Virus record (IMG/VR): IMGVR_UViG_3300028025_005704 | Location: 1 to 54,277 of that record | Length of the DNA: 54,277 nucleotides | Origin: a virus | Taxonomy: Duplodnaviria; Caudoviricetes | Strand: one strand, 5' to 3' | Shown: piece by piece, positions 27,620-37,208 of the stretch | Layout of the letters: each line of letters begins with the position of its first letter | Numbering within the stretch: the first letter of the stretch is position 1 | The notes under the pieces: generated by a model | Seen by the model: only the letters and a program-made list of their open reading frames with translations | The model's database searches: none | What the model was told of the DNA's origin: nothing | Program-made: the position numbers and the translations under genes

Positions 27620-27760
27620 TTAGAGCCGACGAACACCTTTACGCTTCTGTCTACGGTACTGAACCGCAGCTACTACTACCAATAGCAGAAAGCTTGCAAC
27701 CACGGTTGTCACAGCTCCAGCCCAAAACGAAGCCCAATCTAATACGAATGAAATTGTCAT
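27620..27760 (-). CDS. Single-TM small protein (46 aa, not in ORF track)
   Basis: AAGGAGGT RBS; MTISFVLDWASFWAGAVTTVVASFLLLVVVAAVQYRRQKRKGVRRL*; terminator at about 27575-27602. Confidence 0.7.
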   Translation of the reverse strand: MTISFVLDWASFWAGAVTTVVASFLLLVVVAAVQYRRQKRKGVRRL

Positions 27761-27802
27761 TTGTTACCTCCTTAAACATCAAATTAGCATACCCAGAAGT
27801 GG

Positions 27803-30800
27803 ATGTCAAGCATGCTTAAATCAAAATCTTCAAAACTCTTTACCGCCATTCTACTAGCGTTTATGCCAGTATTTAGCGCCACTACAGCCCATGCTACCCC
27901 TCCGACCCCTGCCCAGCAACTGGCGACCTTACAGGCTAACCTGCAGGCGTATACAGCCCAATACAACCAATACCAGCTCCACTACCAGACTTACGCACCA
28001 GCACTAGTCTCAGAGCTTGATACAGCCTCTAGCGCCCTCACAGCCTTTACAGCGGACGTTTCTGTCCTTGCTAATACAGTTGCCACCTTGAACCAGGACA
28101 CCACTGACCTAGCAACAGCACAGGCAAACCTAGCAAACCAGCCAACCGTTATCTCAAATACTGCCTTATCCGTTGACGTTGCAAGAGCTGCATATGATTC
28201 AGCCGTTGCCGCCTACACTCCGCTTCACGCTCTATACACTCCAGCCTTATCAGAACGCAACACTGCTTACGCTGACTACCAGGCGACAGCACAAGGTGGC
28301 ACAGTTACCGAAACTTTTACTAACCGAGTTAAGAACACCTCAGCTCAGTTCTTGGTCAATGGAACTACTCCACTTTCAACGAGCGACAATGCAGGCTACT
28401 CAATCACTAACAACGAGTACTCAGGTACTTACATGTCTGGTGGATCAATCAAGGCATACCAACCGTACGGCTCACTAGTAATCATTCCGCCAAACCAAAC
28501 AGCAACAACTTTCTTCCAGTTCGCAACAGGCGCACTTAACGGAGACTTCAACGCAGTCGTTACTTACACTGACGGATCGACTGGAACACTTACAGTTCCT
28601 AACGGGGTATTTTGGCCAGCAGTTGACGAGCACACTAGAACTCAAGCAGTTACAGCGCCATCAGGAAAGTACATCCAGTCCATCACACTCCCTGCGCACA
28701 ACGACTGGTACTACATGGACAACTTCGTATTTACTTCACAAGTATTCAACGCGACTCTTTACCAAACTTACCTAGACAAGAAAGCAGCTCTAGATTCAAT
28801 TCTTGTTAATTACACACCAGCCGCTGCAACTTACAACCAAGCAGTTGCAAACCTATCCGCTGCCGAAGCAACTTACAACACAGCCCGTGATGCCAGCACG
28901 ACGGCAGCACTTACTGCTCTCGTGACTTCCGAACAAGCTTCATACGATGCTTCATTGACTGCAGTTCAAGATTCCATCACCGATGCATTAGCTTCGAAAG
29001 AAGTTATTGCCGATGCTCTAGCAGCAGTTGTTCTCCCACCAGACTCGTTGGAAGTTACATCAACAAGTGACGAGTATGTTGCTGGCACACTACGCTGGGC
29101 GATCACCCAGGCTAACGCAGTGTCTGGTTCTATTTACGACCGCATCGAGTTTAAGACTGAAGGAACAATCACTCTTACTTCAGATCTTCCACGCATTGCA
29201 GGCAACCTAACAATCGAAGGTCTAACCAAGGAGACAACAAAGATCTCTGGTGCCGACCAGTTCCGCATCTTCCACATCAATTCAGGCATCACCTTGACCG
29301 CCAGCGACCTAACCCTGCAGGACGGTAAGCAGACTTCAGGCGGTATGGTCTTCCAGGACCGCGGTAACTTTAACTCGACTGACATGCGCTTCACTGGACA
29401 GAACGGTGGATCTGCAGTATTCATTGCTAATGCCGGGATAGCAACTTACAACCAAGCAGAGTTCACAAACAACGGCGTTGGTATTGCTGCCGACTGGGGA
29501 TCAACTCCTTCGCTTCCACAGGGCGTCACCACTTGGGTAGGACAGCCAGATTCTGTATTCCAGAACCGCACATACATTTACAACTCAACCTTCTCTAACA
29601 ACAGCTCAGCCATCAACAGCTATCGCTTTACTTGGATCGAGAACTCAACCTTCACCAACAACGGCTACGCTGCAAACATCACTGGACTAAACCGCACAGT
29701 GATTAAGAACTCAATCTTCCAAGGCAATGGCGTTGCTTACTACAACAACGTATGGATGCCACCATCATTCAACATGGGAACAGACAACCGTCTAATCCAG
29801 AACAACATCTTCCGCAACAACGGAACAGCTATCTACAATGATGACGGCTACAACAACGGACAGAAGTTCCCTGGCTGGTCTACCTTTACTGGTAACACCT
29901 TTGTTAGCAACTCAACAATTGTTCGCTACTACAAGTGGAATGGAACTACTAACCAAGAGTTCAGCATCAATGCAGACGTAGCTTCTGCCACTACACCGAT
30001 TACTGATTTTGTGTTCACCGGAAACTCAGTGCCAGTTCTTCAGCCCCCAACTAACGTAACTGCTACCCCAAACCAAGACGGCTCAGTAACTCTCTCATGG
30101 GAACCAGCAGTAGCACTTGGCACAACAGTAGAACGCTACGCAGTTAGCTGGACAACAGAGGGGGCAAATGGCTGGGGAGTAGCTGCAACTTCTACTTCAA
30201 TCACAATTACCCCAGAGCAGTTTGAATCAACTGGTGGCTTTGATAAGACTTATCAGTTTACAGTTCGCGCAGACAACGACACAGTTGGTGTCTACTCTTC
30301 AAACTCTGTAGTAGTCACTGCTGCCGTTGCGGATCCGACTCCAGCGCCAACCCCTGCGCCGACCTTTGCACCAGAGCCACAGCCCTCCACACCAGTAACC
30401 CCAGAACCAGAACCGTCAGAGGAGCCATCGCCAGAACCAACGACAGAACCACAGCCAGAGGAAACATCAGAGCCAGAAACGCCAACCACAGAACCTGTAG
30501 AACCCTCTCCAGAACCTTCTCCATCTGAATCAACTCCTCCTGTTAAACCTGAAGAAGAAGAGCCTATCACTTCTGTAGAGGATTTGCCAGAGGAGATTAC
30601 CCCTGAAGTTCTAATGGAAGTTAATCTCGAAGAGATTGTTGCAACTGACCTAACAGAAGCACAGGCAGAAGCCCTAGTTGAAGCAGCCCTCGAAACCTTT
30701 GAGACAGCAGAGGCTGGAAGCCCAGAGTACGAGCAAGCTCTTGATGCTCTTATGGTTGCAGCCCAGCAAGACGACATTGTGATCGACCCTGCACTTGCAG

Positions 30801-31075
30801 CTATCCCAGCCCTTGGTGCAGTAGCAGAAGGTCTTGTTGACGCGTTGAACTTCATCTCCAACGTTGGTGCTGACATGTCACCACAGGTTCGTGAAGACTC
30901 CGAGAAGGTAGTTGTCTCAGCCGTTGTTGCCGGACAGGTTGCACAGATGGCAATGAGCGCATCAGTTGTTATCAACGCAGGAACTCCAACTCCATCTGCA
31001 CCGAGCGCACCTTCAGGTGGATCTGCTCCAGCAGGTGGATCATCATCACCATCAGCACCACGAAAGAAGGACTAA
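27803..31075 (+). CDS. Large exported/surface protein: signal peptide, coiled coil, beta-helix, FN3, Pro/Glu linker, C-terminal hydrophobic segment
   Basis: ATTAHA signal cleavage; GTLRWAI..AN and repeated (N)S.F.NN beta-helix turns; PPTNVTA...V.LSW...Y.F.VRA.N FN3; PEPSEEP linker. Confidence 0.8.
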   Translation: MSSMLKSKSSKLFTAILLAFMPVFSATTAHATPPTPAQQLATLQANLQAYTAQYNQYQLHYQTYAPALVSELDTASSALTAFTADVSVLANTVATLNQDTTDLATAQANLANQPTVISNTALSVDVARAAYDSAVAAYTPLHALYTPALSERNTAYADYQATAQGGTVTETFTNRVKNTSAQFLVNGTTPLSTSDNAGYSITNNEYSGTYMSGGSIKAYQPYGSLVIIPPNQTATTFFQFATGALNGDFNAVVTYTDGSTGTLTVPNGVFWPAVDEHTRTQAVTAPSGKYIQSITLPAHNDWYYMDNFVFTSQVFNATLYQTYLDKKAALDSILVNYTPAAATYNQAVANLSAAEATYNTARDASTTAALTALVTSEQASYDASLTAVQDSITDALASKEVIADALAAVVLPPDSLEVTSTSDEYVAGTLRWAITQANAVSGSIYDRIEFKTEGTITLTSDLPRIAGNLTIEGLTKETTKISGADQFRIFHINSGITLTASDLTLQDGKQTSGGMVFQDRGNFNSTDMRFTGQNGGSAVFIANAGIATYNQAEFTNNGVGIAADWGSTPSLPQGVTTWVGQPDSVFQNRTYIYNSTFSNNSSAINSYRFTWIENSTFTNNGYAANITGLNRTVIKNSIFQGNGVAYYNNVWMPPSFNMGTDNRLIQNNIFRNNGTAIYNDDGYNNGQKFPGWSTFTGNTFVSNSTIVRYYKWNGTTNQEFSINADVASATTPITDFVFTGNSVPVLQPPTNVTATPNQDGSVTLSWEPAVALGTTVERYAVSWTTEGANGWGVAATSTSITITPEQFESTGGFDKTYQFTVRADNDTVGVYSSNSVVVTAAVADPTPAPTPAPTFAPEPQPSTPVTPEPEPSEEPSPEPTTEPQPEETSEPETPTTEPVEPSPEPSPSESTPPVKPEEEEPITSVEDLPEEITPEVLMEVNLEEIVATDLTEAQAEALVEAALETFETAEAGSPEYEQALDALMVAAQQDDIVIDPALAAIPALGAVAEGLVDALNFISNVGADMSPQVREDSEKVVVSAVVAGQVAQMAMSASVVINAGTPTPSAPSAPSGGSAPAGGSSSPSAPRKKD

Positions 31076-31078
31076 ACA

Positions 31079-31486
31079 ATGTACGAATACAGAGTCAAAT
31101 CAGTATTAGCCGTTGTTGACGGGGACACAATCGATGTAGACATTGACCTCGGCTTCGACATCTCACTAACAAAGCGCGTACGTCTCGCGGGCATTGATAC
31201 CCCAGAGTCACGCACAAAAGATAAAGAAGAGAAAGTTCTTGGCCTAGAGGTTAAAGAAGTTCTTAAGAAGAAGTTGAAGGAAGCTACGACTATCGTCATC
31301 AAAACAGAGCTTCCAGACTCAACAGAGAAGTACGGTCGCATCCTTGGTTGGATCTACCTCGATGGCGCAGAGCTTTCAGTTAACGAAGCTCTCATCGCAA
31401 GTGGATACGCATGGGGATACATGGGAGAGACCAAGGTCAAAGACTTTGAAGCACTAAGAAAAATCCGCGCAAAGAACACTAAGTAG
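31079..31486 (+). CDS. Thermonuclease (SNase-like)
   Basis: VVDGDTI, RVRLAGIDTPE, KYGRILG. Confidence 0.9.
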   Translation: MYEYRVKSVLAVVDGDTIDVDIDLGFDISLTKRVRLAGIDTPESRTKDKEEKVLGLEVKEVLKKKLKEATTIVIKTELPDSTEKYGRILGWIYLDGAELSVNEALIASGYAWGYMGETKVKDFEALRKIRAKNTK

Positions 31487-31498
31487 AAAGAACACATC

Positions 31499-31681
31499 AT
31501 GAAGAAGTTCCTAAAAGAATTACTAGCTGACATCATCGGCCAGGCTTGGACCTTGCTAGGTATGACCGTTGCATGGCTCGTACTTGAAGGCTCAGCCAAA
31601 GAGCTGACTGGAAACCTAATCTTTATCACCCTTGCAGTTTGGGTACTTACATTCCCGCTACGTCGCCCTAAAGACGACTAA
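31499..31681 (+). CDS. Small two-TM membrane protein (holin-like)
   Basis: Two hydrophobic helices and a basic C-terminus; upstream of M23 peptidases. Confidence 0.5.
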   Translation: MKKFLKELLADIIGQAWTLLGMTVAWLVLEGSAKELTGNLIFITLAVWVLTFPLRRPKDD

Positions 31682-31749
31682 GTAACTGATGCCCTTACAC
31701 GGTTGGTACAATAAATATGTACAACTTAATGCTCGTGTAAGGAGTAAAA

Positions 31750-32406
31750 ATGGCAAAAACCCAATACCCGATTGACGGGAAAAAGGGCAAGGCTTGGAAG
31801 ATTACAAGTCCTTTTGGATGGAGAATTCATCCAATCGAAAAAACAAAGAAGCATCATAACGGCGATGACATTTGGGGATCCAACCCAAAGCTTTACTGCG
31901 AGGCTTGGCATGACGGCACAGTCGTCTACGCTGGCACCTCAAAGCTAAAGAACGCCGACGGCTCCCTAGGCGGTGTCGGATACTACGTAGACCTAAGATG
32001 CAAGATTAATGGCGTCTGGTACACAACTCGCTATGGTCACATGGAAGAGGGGTCTCTAAAGGTGAAAACTGGTCAGAAGATCGAAGCTGGAACCATTCTC
32101 GGAATCATGGGAAACACTGGCGCTTCTGCTGGTCGACACCTTCACTTCGAGATTGTAGAAGGCAAGGTCCACCGCTGGGATCTAAACGGCAAGGGATTTG
32201 TTAGCCCAATTGCCTTTGTTGAAGCAGTCATGAGCTGGGAGAAGCTAAAAGACTCTGCCAAAGAGATCACCCCAGACGAGGGCGTAGTCAACGACACTCC
32301 TCCAAGCTTCGATGCAAGCGAACTAAAAGCAAAGAAAAAGCCAACCGGAAAGCTAGTAAACCCAGTTCCAGGCTTTGGCTCAGCAGGCAAAAAGAAAAAG
32401 GGCTAA
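31750..32406 (+). CDS. M23 family peptidase
   Basis: ITSPFGWRIHP, HNGDD, YGHM, GNTGASAGRHLHFE. Confidence 0.9.
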   Translation: MAKTQYPIDGKKGKAWKITSPFGWRIHPIEKTKKHHNGDDIWGSNPKLYCEAWHDGTVVYAGTSKLKNADGSLGGVGYYVDLRCKINGVWYTTRYGHMEEGSLKVKTGQKIEAGTILGIMGNTGASAGRHLHFEIVEGKVHRWDLNGKGFVSPIAFVEAVMSWEKLKDSAKEITPDEGVVNDTPPSFDASELKAKKKPTGKLVNPVPGFGSAGKKKKG

Positions 32407-32451
32407 GCACAAGACAAAGTAAGATTACTCCCCCAGTGGTATAATTTAAAG

Positions 32452-32715
32452 ATGTCTAGTATATTAGCAAAGTTGAAGCGTCTAGGGCTCTATCTCAAGT
32501 TCTATTGGGAACCAAACGAGAAAGCCCTAGGCGCTGAAGCATTTGCTGCTAGCAAGGTCTATACGGCCTCTATGAGGGAAAAGGGTCGACTTAAGGTGAA
32601 ACCGTACCCAACAAGTTATTCGCAGCTCATGGCCGACTCTCTGGCTTTTCAGAGTGCATACAAAGATAGTTACAGACATACCTACGCAAAACGCAAACTC
32701 GAATCATTGGGGTAG
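32452..32715 (+). CDS. Hypothetical protein
   Basis: TATAAT-N6-ATG leaderless start. Confidence 0.55.
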   Translation: MSSILAKLKRLGLYLKFYWEPNEKALGAEAFAASKVYTASMREKGRLKVKPYPTSYSQLMADSLAFQSAYKDSYRHTYAKRKLESLG

Positions 32716-32766
32716 CCTAGCGGTAAAATTGTAGTATCCACCCATTTCTCTAACGGAAGATACACA

Positions 32767-33606
32767 ATGGCGAAAGCACAATTTCCAATCGACGGAAAGC
32801 TTGGCAAAGACTTTAAGGCAACTAGCCTCATGGGTATGCGCATTCACCCGGTCACCAAGCAAAAGAAACACCACAACGGAACCGATATCTGGTCTCCGCA
32901 CGAACCATGCATTATCGAAGCCCCTTACGATGGCAAAGTCTTAGAAGCTAAAAAGTCAACCGCTGCAGGCGGTGGCTTCGGCAACTACGTAATCTTGCTT
33001 CATAAGATCGACGGCAAGTTCTACACCACCCTGTACGCTCACATGAAGGATGACTCACTTAAGGTCAAGAAGGGCCAGAAGATTGAAGCTGGTCAGATGC
33101 TCGGCAAAATGGGCACTACTGGTATGTCTACTGGTAAGCACCTCCACTGGGAGCTACGTCTAGGTAAGGCACACACCTGGGACGCAAACGGCAAGAACTA
33201 CATCGAACCAATCGGTTTCTTCAAGGCTCTTATTGCCAAGGAGAAAGCCATTGCTTCAGCTGCCGTTGTTGCAACTGACGCTGATCCAGTAGCAGAAGCA
33301 CCAGAGCACAACGAAGCACAGGCTGCAAAGGTTGATGCAGAGTTGGTAGCTAAGAAGGCAGAAGCTAAGGCAGAAGCCCCTAAGGCTCCAGTAGTTGCAA
33401 CTATCAAGAACCCTGGGTACCCTGGCGCTTACGTCAAGAAGGGCGATAAGAGCCAAGCAGTACGCTTCGTACAACAGCAAGTAAAGGTTGAGATCACTGG
33501 CGAATTCGATGAGGCAACTCACGAAGCAGTAGAGGCTCTTCAGAAGAAACACGGTCTGCTAGTAGACGGAATCATTGGCCCTAAGACTTGGGCATTCCTA
33601 GATTAA
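32767..33606 (+). CDS. M23 family peptidase with C-terminal peptidoglycan-binding domain (endolysin-like)
   Basis: HNGTD, YAHM, GTTGMSTGKHLHWE; C-terminal GL.VDGIIGPKTW. Confidence 0.9.
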   Translation: MAKAQFPIDGKLGKDFKATSLMGMRIHPVTKQKKHHNGTDIWSPHEPCIIEAPYDGKVLEAKKSTAAGGGFGNYVILLHKIDGKFYTTLYAHMKDDSLKVKKGQKIEAGQMLGKMGTTGMSTGKHLHWELRLGKAHTWDANGKNYIEPIGFFKALIAKEKAIASAAVVATDADPVAEAPEHNEAQAAKVDAELVAKKAEAKAEAPKAPVVATIKNPGYPGAYVKKGDKSQAVRFVQQQVKVEITGEFDEATHEAVEALQKKHGLLVDGIIGPKTWAFLD

Positions 33607-33625
33607 TCTCTAACTACGAAACAAG

Positions 33626-33667
33626 AAAACCCCCCGGAAAACACGTAAACCGGGGGGAATTCTTTTA
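33626..33667. terminator. Bidirectional intrinsic terminator at a convergence point
   Basis: CCCCCCGG...CCGGGGGG stem flanked by A and T runs. Confidence 0.7.
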
Positions 33668-33748
33668 TCTCATCTATCACTGAAAGGAGTTCCGAATGTC
33701 AATTACGAAACAATTAAAGTCTATAGATATTTTTAGCTTTGTCAAGTC

Positions 33749-34045
33749 TTATTTGAAAGGATCTTCTTCTTCATCATCTAAGAATTCATCTCTATCATCT
33801 GGACCAAAGTCCTTGATGATTGCGTTGTTAATCGCGTCCACGATGTTCTGGAAAGATTCGTTGGTGCGGATAAGCGCGCGATCCCTAGCGTGCATCTCAA
33901 TCATCTCGGCCTTGTAGATTAGCTTGGCTAATACTCGCTGGTCTTTGTCAGACAGGTTCTTAAAGATCGGGTTGTTCAACAGCATAATGAAGATGTTAGA
34001 CATATGGCGTTGCTTTTGGATCTTCAATAGTTGACGCTCATTCAT
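33749..34045 (-). CDS. Hypothetical protein
   Basis: GAAAGG RBS; acidic tail. Confidence 0.55.
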   Translation of the reverse strand: MNERQLLKIQKQRHMSNIFIMLLNNPIFKNLSDKDQRVLAKLIYKAEMIEMHARDRALIRTNESFQNIVDAINNAIIKDFGPDDRDEFLDDEEEDPFK

Positions 34046-34207
34046 AGGTAAAACCTTTCTGACACATATCCTATATCAAGACTACACATATACGACGCTC
34101 TTCTCTGAACCATAGCAGACTACTTTACCTAGTCAACTACCTTTTTTATCTTCACTGCTTCCGATTCTCAGAACCATAACAGCGTTTACTACTTTTTACA
34201 AATACAA

Positions 34208-34429
34208 TTAATCTTCAACTTCACGGCTTTGATACAAATCAAGATCTACAAGTTCCATAATCCCTGACCCAGGCTCTTCAATTACTACCATATGCGGGAT
34301 ATCAGAATTCTCTACATAAGTAACGGTACCGCTTACGCGAGGAGGGAGGCTAACAAAATAGGGTGCGTAGATAGTCAGGGTCCTACCAATCAAGTCTTGA
34401 TTGATATCTTCCCGTGCTAGCTCACCCAT
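34208..34429 (-). CDS. Hypothetical protein
   Basis: ORF track; tightly packed run. Confidence 0.5.
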   Translation of the reverse strand: MGELAREDINQDLIGRTLTIYAPYFVSLPPRVSGTVTYVENSDIPHMVVIEEPGSGIMELVDLDLYQSREVED

Positions 34430-34430
34430 G

Positions 34431-34613
34431 TTAGGCGATGCGACGGTCTATTTTTACTAAAAGAGCCTCCAGCTGCTTTGCAGTGTTGGCGTCTGTAGTG
34501 TCTTCCAAGATGTCAGCAATTTCAGATAGGTTCTCTTTGAGGCCAGCCTTAAAGCCGTCCTCCCATTTCTGAACTTCTTTACTGCTCTCGAAGTATGGAG
34601 GTAGTGATGTCAT
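34431..34613 (-). CDS. Hypothetical protein
   Basis: TAAAAT-N6-ATG leaderless start. Confidence 0.5.
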   Translation of the reverse strand: MTSLPPYFESSKEVQKWEDGFKAGLKENLSEIADILEDTTDANTAKQLEALLVKIDRRIA

Positions 34614-34991
34614 GCATCTATTTTACTTATACCCTAGAAGGTCTATTCGTAAGGGAAGATGTAGAGCACCCCGTCTTTATCAAGGAAGTAGTAGTCATCC
34701 CAGCTGCTGTAGTTAATAAGCCCTAGGGAGTGTAGATAGGCATAAGTCTCCCTACGCCCCGCATATACAACCTCGTCTTTGATTTCTCTAAATTTACGAG
34801 GGGGTGGCTTAGCAGGTCCTTCCCTCACTAAATCAAGTCCTCTTGCATCATCAAGCGGAGAAACTCGATGTCAACCAGAAGCTGCTCTGCCCTAGCTAGA
34901 TTCGCATCAATACGCTTGCTAAGTGCCTCTACCCTTGCGGAGATGCCTTCCCACTCAGAATCGATCCACTCACTACTTTCGTTGTCAGCCA

Positions 34992-35420
34992 TTAGATAAG
35001 CCCTCCTTCTTCAGCGCAGTAGACACATACCTGCCAGACAGTTTCATAATCACCAACATACACGATTTCACCAGACTGATCCTCGACCTCGCGATGTTGG
35101 TTACACACTCCACAAATAAACTTCTCAGTAAAGGTAAAGTCGACTCCACCACTGATAGGGACGTCCACTTCATAACGCGTGCCGTTATCACGGGCGATTC
35201 GTTCTGTTAGCTTACCGACGTCATGACCTTCGCTGTATCCAGCATGGTAGGCATCAACCTCGTGGAGACTAGCTTTACTTAGTTTGTAAATCTTTTCTTC
35301 AGCATCAATCCCGAAGATCTCCTCTACAGCAGTATCAATAGAAGTGATCCAGGCATAGTCTGTCAATAGGCCCCCACCCTCGACGGTCCAGTACTCATAG
35401 CGATATAGTTTTCTATCCAT
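34992..35420 (-). CDS. Hypothetical protein with Zn ribbon
   Basis: CGVC...CVYC. Confidence 0.55.
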   Translation of the reverse strand: MDRKLYRYEYWTVEGGGLLTDYAWITSIDTAVEEIFGIDAEEKIYKLSKASLHEVDAYHAGYSEGHDVGKLTERIARDNGTRYEVDVPISGGVDFTFTEKFICGVCNQHREVEDQSGEIVYVGDYETVWQVCVYCAEEGGLI

Positions 35421-35482
35421 GCTCAAACAATAGCAGAAACCGGACAGCCCCGAAAGACTGCCCGGTTTATTTAGCTCAACTA

Positions 35483-35920
35483 CTATAAAGCTACCTTCAC
35501 GATATTAGGTAGAAGGTATCCATCGTCACGGTGGTTCATAGGCTTACGATACGCTATACAAGCTTCTTCATAGGTATCAAAAAGCCGAATGTAAACCATC
35601 ATATGGCCGAGGTTGTTGCGTCTACCATTTTGTTCTGACCCATAATAGTCACCAGAATACTTCTCCCTGATCACTGCCCAGTTCCCCGCGCCATCAATGT
35701 ACGGACGATCCAAGTGAGCGTTCTCCCCGTTGTGGCGATAACGCTTACCCACAGCGCAGTTGAAGAAGGTTTCTGCCGACCTATGCTTCGAGCTACACTT
35801 ACACTTGCTCCAAGTAACCACTGAGATCTTGTTTGCAATCTCTTTGGATTTCTGCTCATACTTCTGGCGAGACTCTTCACCAAGAGCCGCAAGCTCCGCC
35901 CATGAAATCTGATTAGACAT
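35483..35920 (-). CDS. Hypothetical protein
   Basis: Overlap-coupled; followed by a terminator. Confidence 0.55.
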   Translation of the reverse strand: MSNQISWAELAALGEESRQKYEQKSKEIANKISVVTWSKCKCSSKHRSAETFFNCAVGKRYRHNGENAHLDRPYIDGAGNWAVIREKYSGDYYGSEQNGRRNNLGHMMVYIRLFDTYEEACIAYRKPMNHRDDGYLLPNIVKVAL

Positions 35921-36416
35921 TGCTCTTATCTACTTTCTCTACACAAATACCGCAGATACTGCCCACGATCTGAACATTCCCTATCGGGAGGATAAAGTCA
36001 TAGAACTTGTGAACGTTATCTCGGAGACAGCGGTCACACACATGAGCATCCTTTTCTTCATCAAGCATTACCCGGTCCGAGGCACACTGCATGCACCAGA
36101 ACTTGTTTGGGTAGTTAAGCAGGCCCATCCAAGGCGCAGGACGCAGAGGATCCACGTGTGAACATGTTTCTGGTGGAGTGAAGTCATCACCAATCTTTAA
36201 AGATTCTAAGCTAGAGAACCAGGTCCACTTCTCAAGTAGATAGCCGTCAATGATTTTTCTCATGTCCACAGTCTTTTTGACTTCTCTACCCTTTTCGATA
36301 GCCATAGAGTCAATCAGAGCTTTTGACATAACTCTTGATTCATCTACAGCAGCTTCAAACTGATCCATAAAGTGGGTCACAAAAGTAGGGTTATTGAATT
36401 CAGTGTCCTCGCTCAT
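35913..36416 (-). CDS. Cys-rich hypothetical protein
   Basis: CSH, CMQC, CDRC, CGIC; TAATG-coupled to Hsp20. Confidence 0.55.
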   Translation of the reverse strand: MSEDTEFNNPTFVTHFMDQFEAAVDESRVMSKALIDSMAIEKGREVKKTVDMRKIIDGYLLEKWTWFSSLESLKIGDDFTPPETCSHVDPLRPAPWMGLLNYPNKFWCMQCASDRVMLDEEKDAHVCDRCLRDNVHKFYDFILPIGNVQIVGSICGICVEKVDKSNV

Positions 36417-37063
36417 TACTTTGCACCCCCGTCCACTACTGTAAATTCCTCGTAACTACCGTGGGTGTTTACATATTCCAAAGTAATAGTCAGAACCCCA
36501 CCCGAAAGAACAGCACTAACAAATCTCACGTTGTCAGTGACAAGAAACTGTCTGGAGAAATCACGCTTGGCAATACCAGCGTGCTCGTAGATTTGAGTAA
36601 CTTTGTTTCCCTCAATCACTGGCTTGAACTCGTCCAAGTTGCGAGCAGAGCCCTCAACATGCAAGGTGTTTTCGCCCAGCCAAATCTCTAGATCGTCAGC
36701 GGTAAATCCAGCCAACGCCATAACGATTTGGTATGTTGTTTTGCAGGGGCCGTCATTCTCATCATATTCATGCTTAGCAATGATGTCATGCGGAGGATAG
36801 TTGCTTGAGTTGTCAGAGTTTTCTTTGAACTCTTCTAGTGTATTAAGCATCCCTGAGTAGCCGATAGTCCACTTGGTTACACCAGGGAACAGCTTCTCAG
36901 CATTGAGCTTACGTTCTTCAAGGAACTCGTTAAAGGTGTCGCGCTTTTTCTGCTCGGCCTTTATATCAATTAGCTTTTGGAACTCCTCAGGGAGAAGGTC
37001 AGCCTTGCGAGCGATATTTTTCTCTACCTGATCCCAATCAATGTTTGGTTTATTTGTTGCCAT
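36416..37063 (-). CDS. Small heat-shock protein (Hsp20/IbpA-like)
   Basis: NYPPHDI, I.MALAGF...DLEI, GIAKRDFSRQF, A.L..GVLTI.L. Confidence 0.9.
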   Translation of the reverse strand: MATNKPNIDWDQVEKNIARKADLLPEEFQKLIDIKAEQKKRDTFNEFLEERKLNAEKLFPGVTKWTIGYSGMLNTLEEFKENSDNSSNYPPHDIIAKHEYDENDGPCKTTYQIVMALAGFTADDLEIWLGENTLHVEGSARNLDEFKPVIEGNKVTQIYEHAGIAKRDFSRQFLVTDNVRFVSAVLSGGVLTITLEYVNTHGSYEEFTVVDGGAK

Positions 37064-37195
37064 ATTAATTCACTCCTTAGACGTGAAGTTATGGCTGCGC
37101 CCCAGTAATAATCCTGCCCGAAGCACAGCACTTGTTTTTAGATACCCAATCGGCGTATCTGCAAACAGCCTAGCATTCGTCTAGCAGAATGTCAA
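37064..37195 (-). promoter_or_regulatory. Hsp20 promoter and structured 5' leader
   Basis: TTGACA(37190-37195)-N17-TAGGCT; hairpin AGATAC/GTATCT; UUCAC/GUGAA stem over the AAGGAG RBS. Confidence 0.6.
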
Positions 37196-37208
37196 CTTTA
37201 AGTTAAAA

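Noticed and set aside
30292-30975. 227-aa minus-strand ORF and similar antisense ORFs (e.g. 13700..14155, 20618..21016, 49349..49756)
   Set aside because: Antisense shadows of well-supported genes; no motifs
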